Shown here piece after piece: positions 27,885 to 37,725 of a DNA stretch of 64,000 nucleotides (the first letter of the stretch is position 1; every line of letters begins with the position of its first letter). Origin of the DNA: a virus. Location: positions 27,264 through 91,263 of the IMG/VR virus record IMGVR_UViG_3300010885_011634; one strand, written 5' to 3'. A model generated the notes under the pieces. It saw nothing but the letters and a program-made list of their open reading frames with translations. It was not told where the DNA came from and did no database searches. The translations under genes were made by a program, and so were the position numbers.

Positions 27885-28505
27885 TTATTCTCCCAACAGT
27901 ACGTTGCCTGCAATTGAAATACGAATATCATCAGAATTATAAAACGGATATACACAATGTCTTAACATCGCTGGAAATATTAAAAGTTTTCCTTCATAGG
28001 TGTTATCTACTATAAACTCAGTAGGTCGAGTATTCCCTAAAATATCAGAATAGGTAATTTCAAATTTTCCAGCAAATTTATAATTTGATGTATCCTTTGG
28101 TATTTTAACCCACAGGACATAACTTAAAATTCCTTCGTGTTGGTGGTTAGGAAAAAATTCATTGGCTTTTTGTAAATTGACCCAAGGATCTTGAAAGTGT
28201 AACGGTGCTTGAGTTTTTAGGTAATTCAAACTTCGTAGATACAATGACCTATCGTAATATTCTGCAACAGCATCTGCTAAAAAGTTTTTGAATTTTTCAT
28301 TATTTTCTATTAGCTTAAAGTGTGTAGGTACGCCAGTTGACGATAACCCCGTAGTATGCAATGTTGTCCAGTATTTTTCTTTATCTCGATAATTTTTTTC
28401 TATATCGATTGTTTCTAGTTTGATAGATTCAAACAGTTCAGATGGAATATCCATTAGTAATAAACTAATATTGTTTAATACTAGATCTTCTACATTATTG
28501 ATCAT
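27885..28505 (-). CDS. Putative 2OG-Fe(II) oxygenase (HxH type)
   Basis: WVN.Q...EF.PNHQHEGILSYV.W, LLIFPA.LRHCVYPF, RISIAGN. Confidence 0.82.
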   Translation of the reverse strand: MINNVEDLVLNNISLLLMDIPSELFESIKLETIDIEKNYRDKEKYWTTLHTTGLSSTGVPTHFKLIENNEKFKNFLADAVAEYYDRSLYLRSLNYLKTQAPLHFQDPWVNLQKANEFFPNHQHEGILSYVLWVKIPKDTSNYKFAGKFEITYSDILGNTRPTEFIVDNTYEGKLLIFPAMLRHCVYPFYNSDDIRISIAGNVLLGE

Positions 28506-29064
28506 AGGTATACCACCCTGTAATAATATATTTGTTACCTGAATATGGCGGATTACCTCGATGAGGATGTGTAAAGAAAGCTGGCCATAATACTAAAGTG
28601 CCAGTAGAAGGTTTAACTTTTAATTGCTGATACAGGTATTCTGTTTCTCCACCATCTTCTACATCGTTAAGATATAGGGTATAAGCTAAGACTCTAGACG
28701 AGCTAGGATTGCCTGCTGATTCACAATGCCACGTGTGATATCCCTGAGTTGGGGCGGTTCGCTGTACACACATGCCTTTTGGTGAATGCGGTGCAAGGAG
28801 TTGCAATACTTCATATTTGCTGGCGTATTTTTCATATCCAAGATGTAACGTTTGATAGAATTGTTTAACAATATCATGATGGTAATAATGCATTTGATTA
28901 TGAGGGGACCAATCATACATTACTCGGTCATCTGAATTGCGTTCAAGACCGCGCTGAGGGATTGTTAATTTTTCAGAATGCATCCTTTCAAAAATGTCAA
29001 TAACAGTTTGACAATATTCTGTATCAAATGCATTAGGATATATTTCTATCATATTAGTTGTCAT
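28495..29064 (-). CDS. Prolyl-4-hydroxylase-like 2OG-Fe(II) oxygenase (HxE type)
   Basis: GYHTWHCE, R.L.YTLYLNDVEDGGETE.LYQ, WPA.FTHPHRGNPP, KYIITGW. Confidence 0.9.
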   Translation of the reverse strand: MTTNMIEIYPNAFDTEYCQTVIDIFERMHSEKLTIPQRGLERNSDDRVMYDWSPHNQMHYYHHDIVKQFYQTLHLGYEKYASKYEVLQLLAPHSPKGMCVQRTAPTQGYHTWHCESAGNPSSSRVLAYTLYLNDVEDGGETEYLYQQLKVKPSTGTLVLWPAFFTHPHRGNPPYSGNKYIITGWYTYDQ

Positions 29065-29069
29065 ATACT

Positions 29070-29651
29070 TTAATTAGCTGCTTTATCTGTAGACATAAAA
29101 TTAAATGCAATTGAAATACGTTCATCGTTTGAATCGTTTACCGTTACCGAATGTTTAAGCCAAGGTGAAAATATATACATTCTTCCTGTTTCTGGTTTAA
29201 GAATAAAATCTCCGCTAAATGCATTATCAAAATAATCAGCACCGTCATTTCTATACAATATTAAATTACTATTAGAATTCTCAGGAACCTTAACATAGTA
29301 TACCCCAGTTAAAATATTAGTATTATGACTATGCATCACATTGTAATGAGTTGATCGATTAATATTAATCCATGACGAAATTGTTCCGACACGTTTAGTA
29401 ATATTAATTTGTTTACACACTTCGTTGGCAAACTCTATTCCTGTGTTGGCAAGATTTTGCAACGCTGGATATAGCGGATCGTTAAGATTTGATGCTGTAC
29501 TATGGAAGCCGCCTTTATTTGAAGCATATAACCCTGCTTCTATTTTCTCTCTCAATAGACACTCTTGCAATACAGCAGTATTGTCAATATCAAATTCTGA
29601 AGAAAAAATAAAACTTGAAAAAATAGGTTCGCTTACAATATTAGTAAACAT
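29070..29651 (-). CDS. Putative 2OG-Fe(II) oxygenase, TIGR02466-like (HxH type)
   Basis: SNKGGFHS, SWININ...YN.MHSH, GVYYV, WLKHSV, RISIAFN; start moved to 29651. Confidence 0.85.
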   Translation of the reverse strand: MFTNIVSEPIFSSFIFSSEFDIDNTAVLQECLLREKIEAGLYASNKGGFHSTASNLNDPLYPALQNLANTGIEFANEVCKQINITKRVGTISSWININRSTHYNVMHSHNTNILTGVYYVKVPENSNSNLILYRNDGADYFDNAFSGDFILKPETGRMYIFSPWLKHSVTVNDSNDERISIAFNFMSTDKAAN

Positions 29652-29652
29652 A

Positions 29653-30249
29653 CTATGGCACCAACTTAATGTTAAAACTAATTGAAATTCTTTCTTTTTC
29701 TGAAATATTTGGTAACGTTCCATGTTGCAGCCACGATGGAAACAACACCAATCGATTAGTAACAGCTTTATATTTGATGTTTGACGTTAAAAATTTTGAT
29801 CTTAAACATAGCTCTGAATGATTGTATGCACTCGATGGTGCCATAAATTGAATGTCTCCACTGTTTTCGTGCGTCTGTACATAGTAGGCGCCGGAAATAT
29901 CACTATACGGGTGACAGTGATATTCTTGATACATTCCTTTTTCTGAATAGTTAATCCATGAATCATACATATTAAGATATGAATATTTAGGATTTACTTC
30001 TAATTGATTTAAGAATGTATTTACAGATGCTAATATATGATTTTTTAATATTGGGCAATGATTTTGAATTATATGATTCGATTGATTGTACTTAAATGTA
30101 GTCAGTATGTTTCCACCCCAAGGATTATTTAAGGTAGATTTTTTATATTCATCACATACTGTTTGTGTTTCGGCATCTAACGATGTCTTAAGGTCAGCAT
30201 CGTTGCAATCAACTACAAACACAGGTACTCCAAAGCACATTTCTATCAT
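29653..30249 (-). CDS. Putative 2OG-Fe(II) oxygenase, TIGR02466-like (HxH type)
   Basis: SWIN..KG.YQEYHCHP.S.ISGAYY, LFPSWLQHG, RISISFN. Confidence 0.87.
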   Translation of the reverse strand: MIEMCFGVPVFVVDCNDADLKTSLDAETQTVCDEYKKSTLNNPWGGNILTTFKYNQSNHIIQNHCPILKNHILASVNTFLNQLEVNPKYSYLNMYDSWINYSEKGMYQEYHCHPYSDISGAYYVQTHENSGDIQFMAPSSAYNHSELCLRSKFLTSNIKYKAVTNRLVLFPSWLQHGTLPNISEKERISISFNIKLVP

Positions 30250-30833
30250 ATTAGGTCAAAATTTATTATGCAGCGTTTATCAGTGACCGGAGACGAACTA
30301 GAATGATAGTGTGCGCCGCTAAAGAATACACATCTTCCTTTTACAGGGTCTACAGTTTTTATAGCAGTAAAATTAGTAATGCCTGCTTGTTCTACAGGAA
30401 CATTCTGCAACGTTTGTTGATATATTGTTGTTGGTCCTTGACTATCGTTTACATAGTATAGACATACCAGATGCTCCATAGGCATGTCAATATGTGGGTT
30501 ATTTGATATAGATGGCAAATACGTAGGCAGTTGAAGGAACGATCGAACCCTAAAAACGTGTTGTATATTAAAATTAATTTTATCACAGGCTGAATACACT
30601 AACGGTAATAAAAAATCTAATTTTTGAGTTATAAGCCCGTCTTCATTCTTGAACACATGAGCAAATGCAGGATACTTGCGTGTAATCCCAACCTTTTCAC
30701 CGTTGTTATCAGCATAGGTAATATCATTCTGCAGATACCACGGAATGCTTCCATCACTGAGCATGAACTGTTCAATTGCATCTTGATACTGCAATGGAAT
30801 TACATTGTCTAAAACAATTATATCGTTAACCAT
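30246..30833 (-). CDS. Fe(II)/2OG oxygenase (HxD type), close paralogue of 26446..27036
   Basis: PHID..HLVCLYYVNDS.G.T, KGRCVFFSG.HYHSSS.P, RCIINFD. Confidence 0.88.
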   Translation of the reverse strand: MVNDIIVLDNVIPLQYQDAIEQFMLSDGSIPWYLQNDITYADNNGEKVGITRKYPAFAHVFKNEDGLITQKLDFLLPLVYSACDKINFNIQHVFRVRSFLQLPTYLPSISNNPHIDMPMEHLVCLYYVNDSQGPTTIYQQTLQNVPVEQAGITNFTAIKTVDPVKGRCVFFSGAHYHSSSSPVTDKRCIINFDLI

Positions 30834-32010
30834 TAAAAATTTCCAGGTGTCTCATTTTCTCGTCTAATAAATTCCAAAGAAAAATACTAACTGGCCCCAT
30901 TATAATTGCTTCATCATTTTGATTAAGATAATTTAATAGTTTACAAGCACTAATGTGTTCTTTCCATAAAGGGCTGTTGTCTAAATGATTTTGAGTTTTT
31001 TCTTTTGTAATTTTCCAAAATGGCGTGTCAAATACCGAACCTTTGTTATAAACAAAATGAATAAAGTTTTCATATTTTTGTGCTTCTTCTACTAATCTAT
31101 GATTTAACTCATCTAATGTGTGTCCCTCTACAGTAAAGAAATTTACTATTTTAACACATACAGAATCATAATAGTATCCCGACAATGCTTCAAGCGGTTC
31201 AAAAAATAATGCGCGGTTTCCGTTCTTAAAAATTCTTCCATCTAATGGTTTTTTAGAATAGTAATTTTTGAAAGAAAACTCTCTTAAGTTTAATCCGTCA
31301 ACAGTTGTGTTAAAGATTTCTGCCATTTCTTCCATAGCTTCTTCTTTAGTTGTAATAGTATCATTAAACAAATACCCCCATCCTTGCCTAGTCTGTAAAG
31401 GAATACCAAACATCCAACCATTTTTATGTGCTTGGTGATAGGTATAATTCCAATCACCGGGTTTTTCTATAGTATGTATTAGTGCATGATTAACTGGGAG
31501 ATCCTTACAAATTTCATAATCAGTATAGTCGTCTGGATACCCACGACAGTCTACAATATAATCAAAGGTGTGTGGAACGCCGTTGATTAGCATTTCAACT
31601 TTATCGGCATCTTGCTTTAGGTCTTCAATTTTTCCTTCAAGTGCCGTGAATCGTTTGCCCCATTTAGATTTTAATTTTTTAATGACCACTTCACCTAACT
31701 TAAAATTATTAAAATGCATGGCAAAAAAGGGCGGAAGTATGTGAGTATTGAACGGCTCTGGAGTCCAGTTGATATATTTTACACCGTGCTTAGTTGTGGC
31801 ATCAAGATCATCGGCATTGTCCAACATTGTAAATCCGGCACCTTTCCATAGTGCTTGTGGCAACGCAGTTGTAGTACTTTCGCCAATACCTAAAATTTTA
31901 ATATCAGGATCGTGAATAGAATATATTTCAAAGTCGTTAGGCAGATGTGCTGACAAATAACACAGAGTATGTACTCCTGCGGTTCCAACACCTATAATTG
32001 CTATTTTCAT
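30826..32010 (-). CDS. Flavin-dependent halogenase, tryptophan-halogenase family (short, divergent)
   Basis: GVGTAG, IGESTT, ATTKHG (catalytic Lys position), DCRG, GWMFGIP, FFEPLEA. Confidence 0.8.
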   Translation of the reverse strand: MKIAIIGVGTAGVHTLCYLSAHLPNDFEIYSIHDPDIKILGIGESTTTALPQALWKGAGFTMLDNADDLDATTKHGVKYINWTPEPFNTHILPPFFAMHFNNFKLGEVVIKKLKSKWGKRFTALEGKIEDLKQDADKVEMLINGVPHTFDYIVDCRGYPDDYTDYEICKDLPVNHALIHTIEKPGDWNYTYHQAHKNGWMFGIPLQTRQGWGYLFNDTITTKEEAMEEMAEIFNTTVDGLNLREFSFKNYYSKKPLDGRIFKNGNRALFFEPLEALSGYYYDSVCVKIVNFFTVEGHTLDELNHRLVEEAQKYENFIHFVYNKGSVFDTPFWKITKEKTQNHLDNSPLWKEHISACKLLNYLNQNDEAIIMGPVSIFLWNLLDEKMRHLEIFNG

Positions 32011-32027
32011 ATAATCCTTAAGTTATC

Positions 32028-32597
32028 CTATGCTACAAATTTTGCTGCAAATGTAAATCTAAAATGTGGTGCAAGAACTGTTGATGGTCTAATCATATGC
32101 GGAATTCTTGGATCAAATATAATTAATTTTCCTGGCTTGAATTGTGACACATACTCAAAGTCCGTTCCGTCCTCGTTAAGAAAAATAGTTTCACCGCCCC
32201 ATTCAGGACTCCATTCTAAATTTAGATAGTATACAAGAGTCCAACTATTTTCAAGATTGTTATCTACGTGTGTATGAAATCTATCTGCGGGTGAGCATAG
32301 ATTAATCATAGCATGCTGCATGGTTTCATTTGATATATTAAATTTTTCTAATATTTCTGCAGGAAGTCTTCTTAAAATCTCAAGTCGATCTACATCGAAC
32401 GGTGTATACACCGATACTAACGATAAGTGTTCTTTATTTTCTAAAAGTTTGCTATCTGTACCGTCAATCTTAAACATCGATGTTATTGCAAAATTGTAAA
32501 ATTGACTGCGTGTTGCAAAGTCAAACAAGTTCTCAAATACGTATATCTTCTTGTTTGTTGCTGTTGTAAATTCTTTGGTTAAAACTTCTGAGCCCAT
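32028..32597 (-). CDS. Prolyl-hydroxylase-like 2OG-Fe(II) oxygenase (HxD type)
   Basis: HVD, LVYYLN.EW..EWGGET.F, PGKLIIFD.RIPH, RFTFA.KF. Confidence 0.88.
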   Translation of the reverse strand: MGSEVLTKEFTTATNKKIYVFENLFDFATRSQFYNFAITSMFKIDGTDSKLLENKEHLSLVSVYTPFDVDRLEILRRLPAEILEKFNISNETMQHAMINLCSPADRFHTHVDNNLENSWTLVYYLNLEWSPEWGGETIFLNEDGTDFEYVSQFKPGKLIIFDPRIPHMIRPSTVLAPHFRFTFAAKFVA

Positions 32598-34051
32598 TCT
32601 TCAATTCCTATATAGTCTTTGCATATTTTCATATTGCGCTCTTTTTGTCTAGCATAGTATCTTAATATATATTCGTTAGATTCGTGCTTTGCTACTAGAG
32701 CTGGCGAGATTAATCCCAATGCATCAACTACTGTTATCCAGCTTTCTAATGAATATTGTCTAGAGTAGTTGTTTAAGTTAATTTTTCCTGTGAGGTAAAA
32801 TTGTTTTATTTCTTCTAATCTCGCAGTCAATGACTCTGGTATTCTGCTAGGATTGGTTTGATGTTCTTTCCAAAATTTAGTTTCTAATCCTTTTCCTCTA
32901 TAATGCAATGATAAAAAATTCTTTATTGCTTCATAACTTTCTGCTACTGATTGATTAAATTCTTTAGGAAACTCGCTAGCGTCTACCCATGGATTCCACA
33001 CCCTTCTAAGGATCTCTAAAGAGTCAGTAATAATTCCAACTCCGTTAGCTTCTAATGGTTCTAAAAAGCCAGTGCTCAACCCAAGTCCTATTACATTATT
33101 CTTCTGGACTTGATCTAATACACATGGACTAAACTTTATAGATGCAACTGGTTCTGCATGTTCACCAAATTTAGATCTAATTTCGTCTAGAGCCTGCTCA
33201 GGAGTTAAAATGTCTGGATCATACAGATATCCTTGTCCGGTCCTTTGCTTAATACCAATTTGCCAACTCCATCCGGCATCCATTGCTGTTGCTATTGTAG
33301 CTGAATTAAATTTTGGCTTATCCCACCAAGCTATCACTGCTCTTGCTGGAAAGATGTCAGCGTATTCTGTTTTTCCTACATTCATTACTTTTTCTAATAG
33401 CAGTCTTGCAAATCCTGAGCAATCTATTGCCCAGTCAAGTGGAACTATTCGATCGTTATCTAGCACTAACGATTCAATATTTCCTTGGTGGTCAAGATTT
33501 GACTTCTGATATTCACCTTCTATAAGTGATATGTTTCTAGATAGCCCAATCTTTTTTAAGTATGCAGCATTAGCTCGTGAATCAAAATGCCACATAGACG
33601 GACCTATTTGATTTGTATTGGTATCAAATGGAACTAAATTTTCTTTAACACACTGTCCGCTATGAGGAATGTCGCAGGGAGTTATACCCGAGCCTATTAG
33701 TTCTCTAAAATAAAAATATCTTTCTTTTTTACTTGGGAATGTTTTTGCCCATTCAGTGTAATATTCGGAAAACAGTGAGTGATAAAATTTATGACCTTTA
33801 CCGTTCCAGTTATAAAACTCCCCGCCTTGTTTTGGGGTAGCTCCTGTTTCTTTGACCCAATCAATGATGTCGATGCCTAGGTTATTATATATTCCGTTGA
33901 TTGGAAGATTTCCGCTTTCTCCTGCAATAATTGGAGGGCGTTTAGGATCCTCAATTACCGTCACTGTTAAATCAGGCCAGTAGTTTTTTATAAAGATAGC
34001 CGATAGCCATCCTGCTGTGCCTCCACCTAAAATAACTACAGACTTAGTCAT
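32579..34051 (-). CDS. Flavin-dependent halogenase, tryptophan-halogenase family
   Basis: GGGTAGW, AGES, ATPKQG, HFD, DCSGF, GWSWQIG, GFLEPLEANG. Confidence 0.88.
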   Translation of the reverse strand: MTKSVVILGGGTAGWLSAIFIKNYWPDLTVTVIEDPKRPPIIAGESGNLPINGIYNNLGIDIIDWVKETGATPKQGGEFYNWNGKGHKFYHSLFSEYYTEWAKTFPSKKERYFYFRELIGSGITPCDIPHSGQCVKENLVPFDTNTNQIGPSMWHFDSRANAAYLKKIGLSRNISLIEGEYQKSNLDHQGNIESLVLDNDRIVPLDWAIDCSGFARLLLEKVMNVGKTEYADIFPARAVIAWWDKPKFNSATIATAMDAGWSWQIGIKQRTGQGYLYDPDILTPEQALDEIRSKFGEHAEPVASIKFSPCVLDQVQKNNVIGLGLSTGFLEPLEANGVGIITDSLEILRRVWNPWVDASEFPKEFNQSVAESYEAIKNFLSLHYRGKGLETKFWKEHQTNPSRIPESLTARLEEIKQFYLTGKINLNNYSRQYSLESWITVVDALGLISPALVAKHESNEYILRYYARQKERNMKICKDYIGIEEWAQKF

Positions 34052-35633
34052 GATAAATGTTATCTTTTAGGAACTGATAATGAGTTGGCAAAGTATCAAT
34101 ATATTCTAGTACCTGTGATTTTCGAAGCTCGTAGTTTGCTCGAACTTCGTTCCAAATTTTTTCAGCATTCGGTGATCTAAACTCTACTAAATTCGCATAC
34201 GATTCAGAGATGGGATTTAGCCCCATTCCAGCCATAATAAATGTTTCTCCCACGGGCGTATCCCATCTTAAAGATTTTTCTGAATTTATTCTAAACATAG
34301 TTTCTTGAGCATTTCTTCTAAAGTTTACTTTAAGATCAAACGCTTCTGGAACATATCTAATTTTATTTGTTGCGTGGCGCCAATACTCAGTATCTGATCG
34401 TTGACTCATAGCATAGTGTAAGGATACAAATTGTTTGAATCCTTCAAGTTCTTCTCTTGCAGCAAAATTCCACCCGTCGATGTCAAATTGATTTACATAC
34501 CCGTCTCTACGTGATAGAGTATCACTTAGCCTCATGATATTTTCGTGTGTTGTTAATAGTCCAGTAGATTCTAACGGCTCAATAAATCCTAATGCTAGGC
34601 CCATTGCGCAGACGTTTTTAACCCAAGGTTCGTCTTGGACACCGTGGCGTATCTCGATATAATTAAATTCTGTTTCCTCGGCAGTTTTTTCGCCTAGCCT
34701 AATCGCTAAATGTTTTCTAAAATCCTTTTCTGCTTGTTCTCTATCTGCAAATTTACTCGAATGTACATAACCTGTACCTCGTCGGGTATATAACGGAATG
34801 TCCCACACCCATCCATTTTCGATAGCGGTACAATTAGTTACAGAGTGCATTTCATTTTCTCGATCAACATATTGCACTCTAGCAGCCAATGCTCGATCGT
34901 TTAGTAATACATCATCAAAACTTAAAAATTTTGTTTTCATTACCTTTTCAATTAATATTTTTCTGAAGCCCGATGCATCAATGTATAAATCGGCTGTTAA
35001 GTGTCGACCATCTTCGGTAATGATTTCAGAAACTTCTCCTAGCTCATTTTGTTTTACATCAACAATCGTGTCTTGTATGTGAGTCACTCCATTCGGAATG
35101 GCTATTTTTTCTTTTAGGTAAACTCCGAATCGTTCGGCATCCATGTGATATGCAGTGTTAAGATGGAAATCAAACCCTCTAATTTTACCTTCTTCATTTT
35201 TAGTTAATTTGTTTCTGTCAGTCATTAATACTTGATTAACAAACATCTCTGCAAAATCGCTAGGTGGTAATTTTTTTCCCGAATATGCTTGATAGTGGAA
35301 CCAATCCATAATTCCATTATAACAATCAGCAGTATCAAAATTTCCAAACGGATAATGAAAAGATCCGCTGTCTTTTTCTCTGAAATCTGTAAATTTGATT
35401 GAAGTTTTATAGGTAGCGTTACAAAAACTCATCCAATCTTCGTCTTTTAATCCCAATGAATCTAAAAATACATTTATGTGCCCAAGCGTAGATTCTCCTA
35501 CTCCGATGGTTCCTATTTTTTTAGATTCGATCAATGTTATATCTAAAAATTTTAATTTTTTAGATAGATATGCAGCCGTCATCCAGCCGGTTGATCCGCC
35601 GCCTACTATTAAAACTTTTTTGATTGTTGGCAT
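34044..35633 (-). CDS. Flavin-dependent halogenase, tryptophan-halogenase family (most PrnA-like copy)
   Basis: GGGSTGWMTA, IGVGEST, CNATYK..IKF, AYH.DA, DASGF, GWVWDIPL..R.G.GYV, GFIEPLESTGL, LHY....RSDT.YW. Confidence 0.93.
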   Translation of the reverse strand: MPTIKKVLIVGGGSTGWMTAAYLSKKLKFLDITLIESKKIGTIGVGESTLGHINVFLDSLGLKDEDWMSFCNATYKTSIKFTDFREKDSGSFHYPFGNFDTADCYNGIMDWFHYQAYSGKKLPPSDFAEMFVNQVLMTDRNKLTKNEEGKIRGFDFHLNTAYHMDAERFGVYLKEKIAIPNGVTHIQDTIVDVKQNELGEVSEIITEDGRHLTADLYIDASGFRKILIEKVMKTKFLSFDDVLLNDRALAARVQYVDRENEMHSVTNCTAIENGWVWDIPLYTRRGTGYVHSSKFADREQAEKDFRKHLAIRLGEKTAEETEFNYIEIRHGVQDEPWVKNVCAMGLALGFIEPLESTGLLTTHENIMRLSDTLSRRDGYVNQFDIDGWNFAAREELEGFKQFVSLHYAMSQRSDTEYWRHATNKIRYVPEAFDLKVNFRRNAQETMFRINSEKSLRWDTPVGETFIMAGMGLNPISESYANLVEFRSPNAEKIWNEVRANYELRKSQVLEYIDTLPTHYQFLKDNIYHD

Positions 35634-37102
35634 TACGTTATTTTCCTTTTCATGATCATTTCAAGTGCATCTCTATGTTTAAGCGGCTGTTCTGAATCGT
35701 CTTTTGCTTTAATTACAAATAGTTTTATTGCAGCCTCGTGCTGTAAGTCAGCTGGCATGTTATGCCACTTTGCTATTAATTTTTCTCTATCAAAATGTCC
35801 TAGTCCATTAAGAACTAAAAACCAATTATGATTTCTAAATAATATATATGGTTTTGCGAACGTTGTTGATAACGGCATATTTTCTTTATACATTGACAAT
35901 GTTTTTGCATTAAACTCAGTTAACTTGAGTGTTTTACAATACTTCCAAAAATCTGAATCTTCTCGTTTTGTTAGATAATGCAATTGCACAAAATCTATAG
36001 TATTTTGAAATACATCAACGAATTGTGCATTATAAATTTCTGATATAGTAGTATTGGTTAATCCCCATGCAGGTAAGCAAGTACTTAATGAAAATGCTTG
36101 TTGTATTGCAGTTCCTATGTTTGTGGCCTCTAGTGGTTCAATAAAACTAGCAGACAAACCGATAGCACATACATTTTTTATCCACGGAGTCTTTGCATAA
36201 CCTGCAGAAAACTTAAATCTTTTTACAATATTAAGTTTTTGTCCATATAGTTCTTCGACTTCTTTAATAGCAGTTTCTTCGTCGATAAATTTATCACAGT
36301 ATACATATCCGTTACCAAATCTATGTTGCGTAGGAATTTGCCATACCCATCCAGCACTAAGGGCAGTGGCTTTAGTATAAGAAGGAATTTCTTGGTCGTC
36401 TGTAAATTCTGTTGGGAATGTTATTGCAGAATTTACTGGTAGAAATTCTGCACAGTCTACCCATTCTGCATTTAATTTTTTAGTTAATACCTTATGAAAT
36501 CCCGAACAATCGATATAAAACTCTGATGTGTAAGAATTTGATTCTCCAAATATTTTACTAATGCCGTTGTCATCTGTTTCAACAGAAGTAATAGTATCTT
36601 CTACAATGCTTACACCTGCCTCTAAACATTTTTTTTGTAAAAATTCGTTGAGCTTAAAGGTATCAAAGTGAAATTGGTTCGCTGAAAATTCGAAAGGATA
36701 ATAATGCTCGCTGTTTGCAATATAGTCGCCAACACATTTCAACGGTTCAACGTTGTCAACTAATAATTTATGATATAGATACGGATACCCCAATGTTGTT
36801 TGTTGTGTGAATTCTGTAATCACCCCATGAATATATTCTTTCTTATCACCATTCCAATTGTCAAATTTAATACCGTACTTAAATGTTGCGTCTGTTTCTT
36901 TAATTAGCTCAACAACATCGATACCAACGTATCGCATAAACTCAGCCCAATGTTCGGTGCTGCCTTCACCTACTCCAACTATGTCGACAATAGAAGATTT
37001 TATAATAGTAATGTCAAGTTCTGGGTACGATTTTTTTAAGATTAGTGCAGATATTAGTCCACTAGTTCCTGCTCCTAAAATACAAATATTATTAATAAGC
37101 AT
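35633..37102 (-). CDS. Flavin-dependent halogenase, tryptophan-halogenase family
   Basis: GAGTSG, VGVGEGS, ATFKYGIKF..W, FHFD, DCSGF, GWVWQIP...R.GNGYVY, SFIEPLEAT, LHY...R.DS.FW. Confidence 0.92.
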   Translation of the reverse strand: MLINNICILGAGTSGLISALILKKSYPELDITIIKSSIVDIVGVGEGSTEHWAEFMRYVGIDVVELIKETDATFKYGIKFDNWNGDKKEYIHGVITEFTQQTTLGYPYLYHKLLVDNVEPLKCVGDYIANSEHYYPFEFSANQFHFDTFKLNEFLQKKCLEAGVSIVEDTITSVETDDNGISKIFGESNSYTSEFYIDCSGFHKVLTKKLNAEWVDCAEFLPVNSAITFPTEFTDDQEIPSYTKATALSAGWVWQIPTQHRFGNGYVYCDKFIDEETAIKEVEELYGQKLNIVKRFKFSAGYAKTPWIKNVCAIGLSASFIEPLEATNIGTAIQQAFSLSTCLPAWGLTNTTISEIYNAQFVDVFQNTIDFVQLHYLTKREDSDFWKYCKTLKLTEFNAKTLSMYKENMPLSTTFAKPYILFRNHNWFLVLNGLGHFDREKLIAKWHNMPADLQHEAAIKLFVIKAKDDSEQPLKHRDALEMIMKRKIT

Positions 37103-37110
37103 ATGATACC

Positions 37111-37725
37111 TTAAAATGTATATTCCACTGGAGGAATAGCTTGAAAATCTATATTAAAATTTATTGAAATTCTAGAAATAGTTGTATTGTTTGTATTAGT
37201 TCTATGTTTTAAGAATCCTGGAAATAATACAAGATCGTGTTGTCTAATTCCTGCAGGATATTCCATACATAGGTCTTTACCTTCCTCAGAAAACGGAAAT
37301 GAATGGTAATGATACTCTAAGGGATTTAAGAAAATTAAATCACCGCTGTTTTCTGTATAATCTAAATAATAACAGCCAACTAACGTGTGCCCTAGATGGG
37401 AATGCACGTCAGTCCAGGAGCCGTTGGTATGTAAATTTGCCCACATACTTACTATTTTAGGTTCTAAAAAATATGATAGCCCTAATTCATTCCAATAGTT
37501 TGATGCGTGATTGAAAATTAAATTGCATAACGGTTGAAATATTTCATTGTTATGTAACTCTCGAGCTAGTTGATGTGTACTTTTTCCACCATCTTTTTCT
37601 AAACAATGAGATGTTGATATTTTGTCAAATACATTTAAGAGGTATTCTCTCATAGCAGATTGAATTGAATCATCTAATGCTAGAGATTCTTTATAAATTT
37701 TGATGGCAAAAAGAGGTGATAGCAT
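37111..37725 (-). CDS. Putative 2OG-Fe(II) oxygenase, TIGR02466-like (HxH type); first gene of the enzyme operon
   Basis: MWAN, HSH, GCYY, SGDL.F.NP, LFPGFLKH, RISINFN; start moved to ATG 37725, 5 nt after TAAGTA. Confidence 0.85.
   Translation of the reverse strand: MLSPLFAIKIYKESLALDDSIQSAMREYLLNVFDKISTSHCLEKDGGKSTHQLARELHNNEIFQPLCNLIFNHASNYWNELGLSYFLEPKIVSMWANLHTNGSWTDVHSHLGHTLVGCYYLDYTENSGDLIFLNPLEYHYHSFPFSEEGKDLCMEYPAGIRQHDLVLFPGFLKHRTNTNNTTISRISINFNIDFQAIPPVEYTF

Noticed and set aside
24895-37725. Interpreting the island as a host-derived secondary-metabolite cluster or chimeric assembly
   Set aside because: No scaffold synthase, regulator or transporter; the genes use phage late-type promoters and are contiguous with virion genes on both sides.
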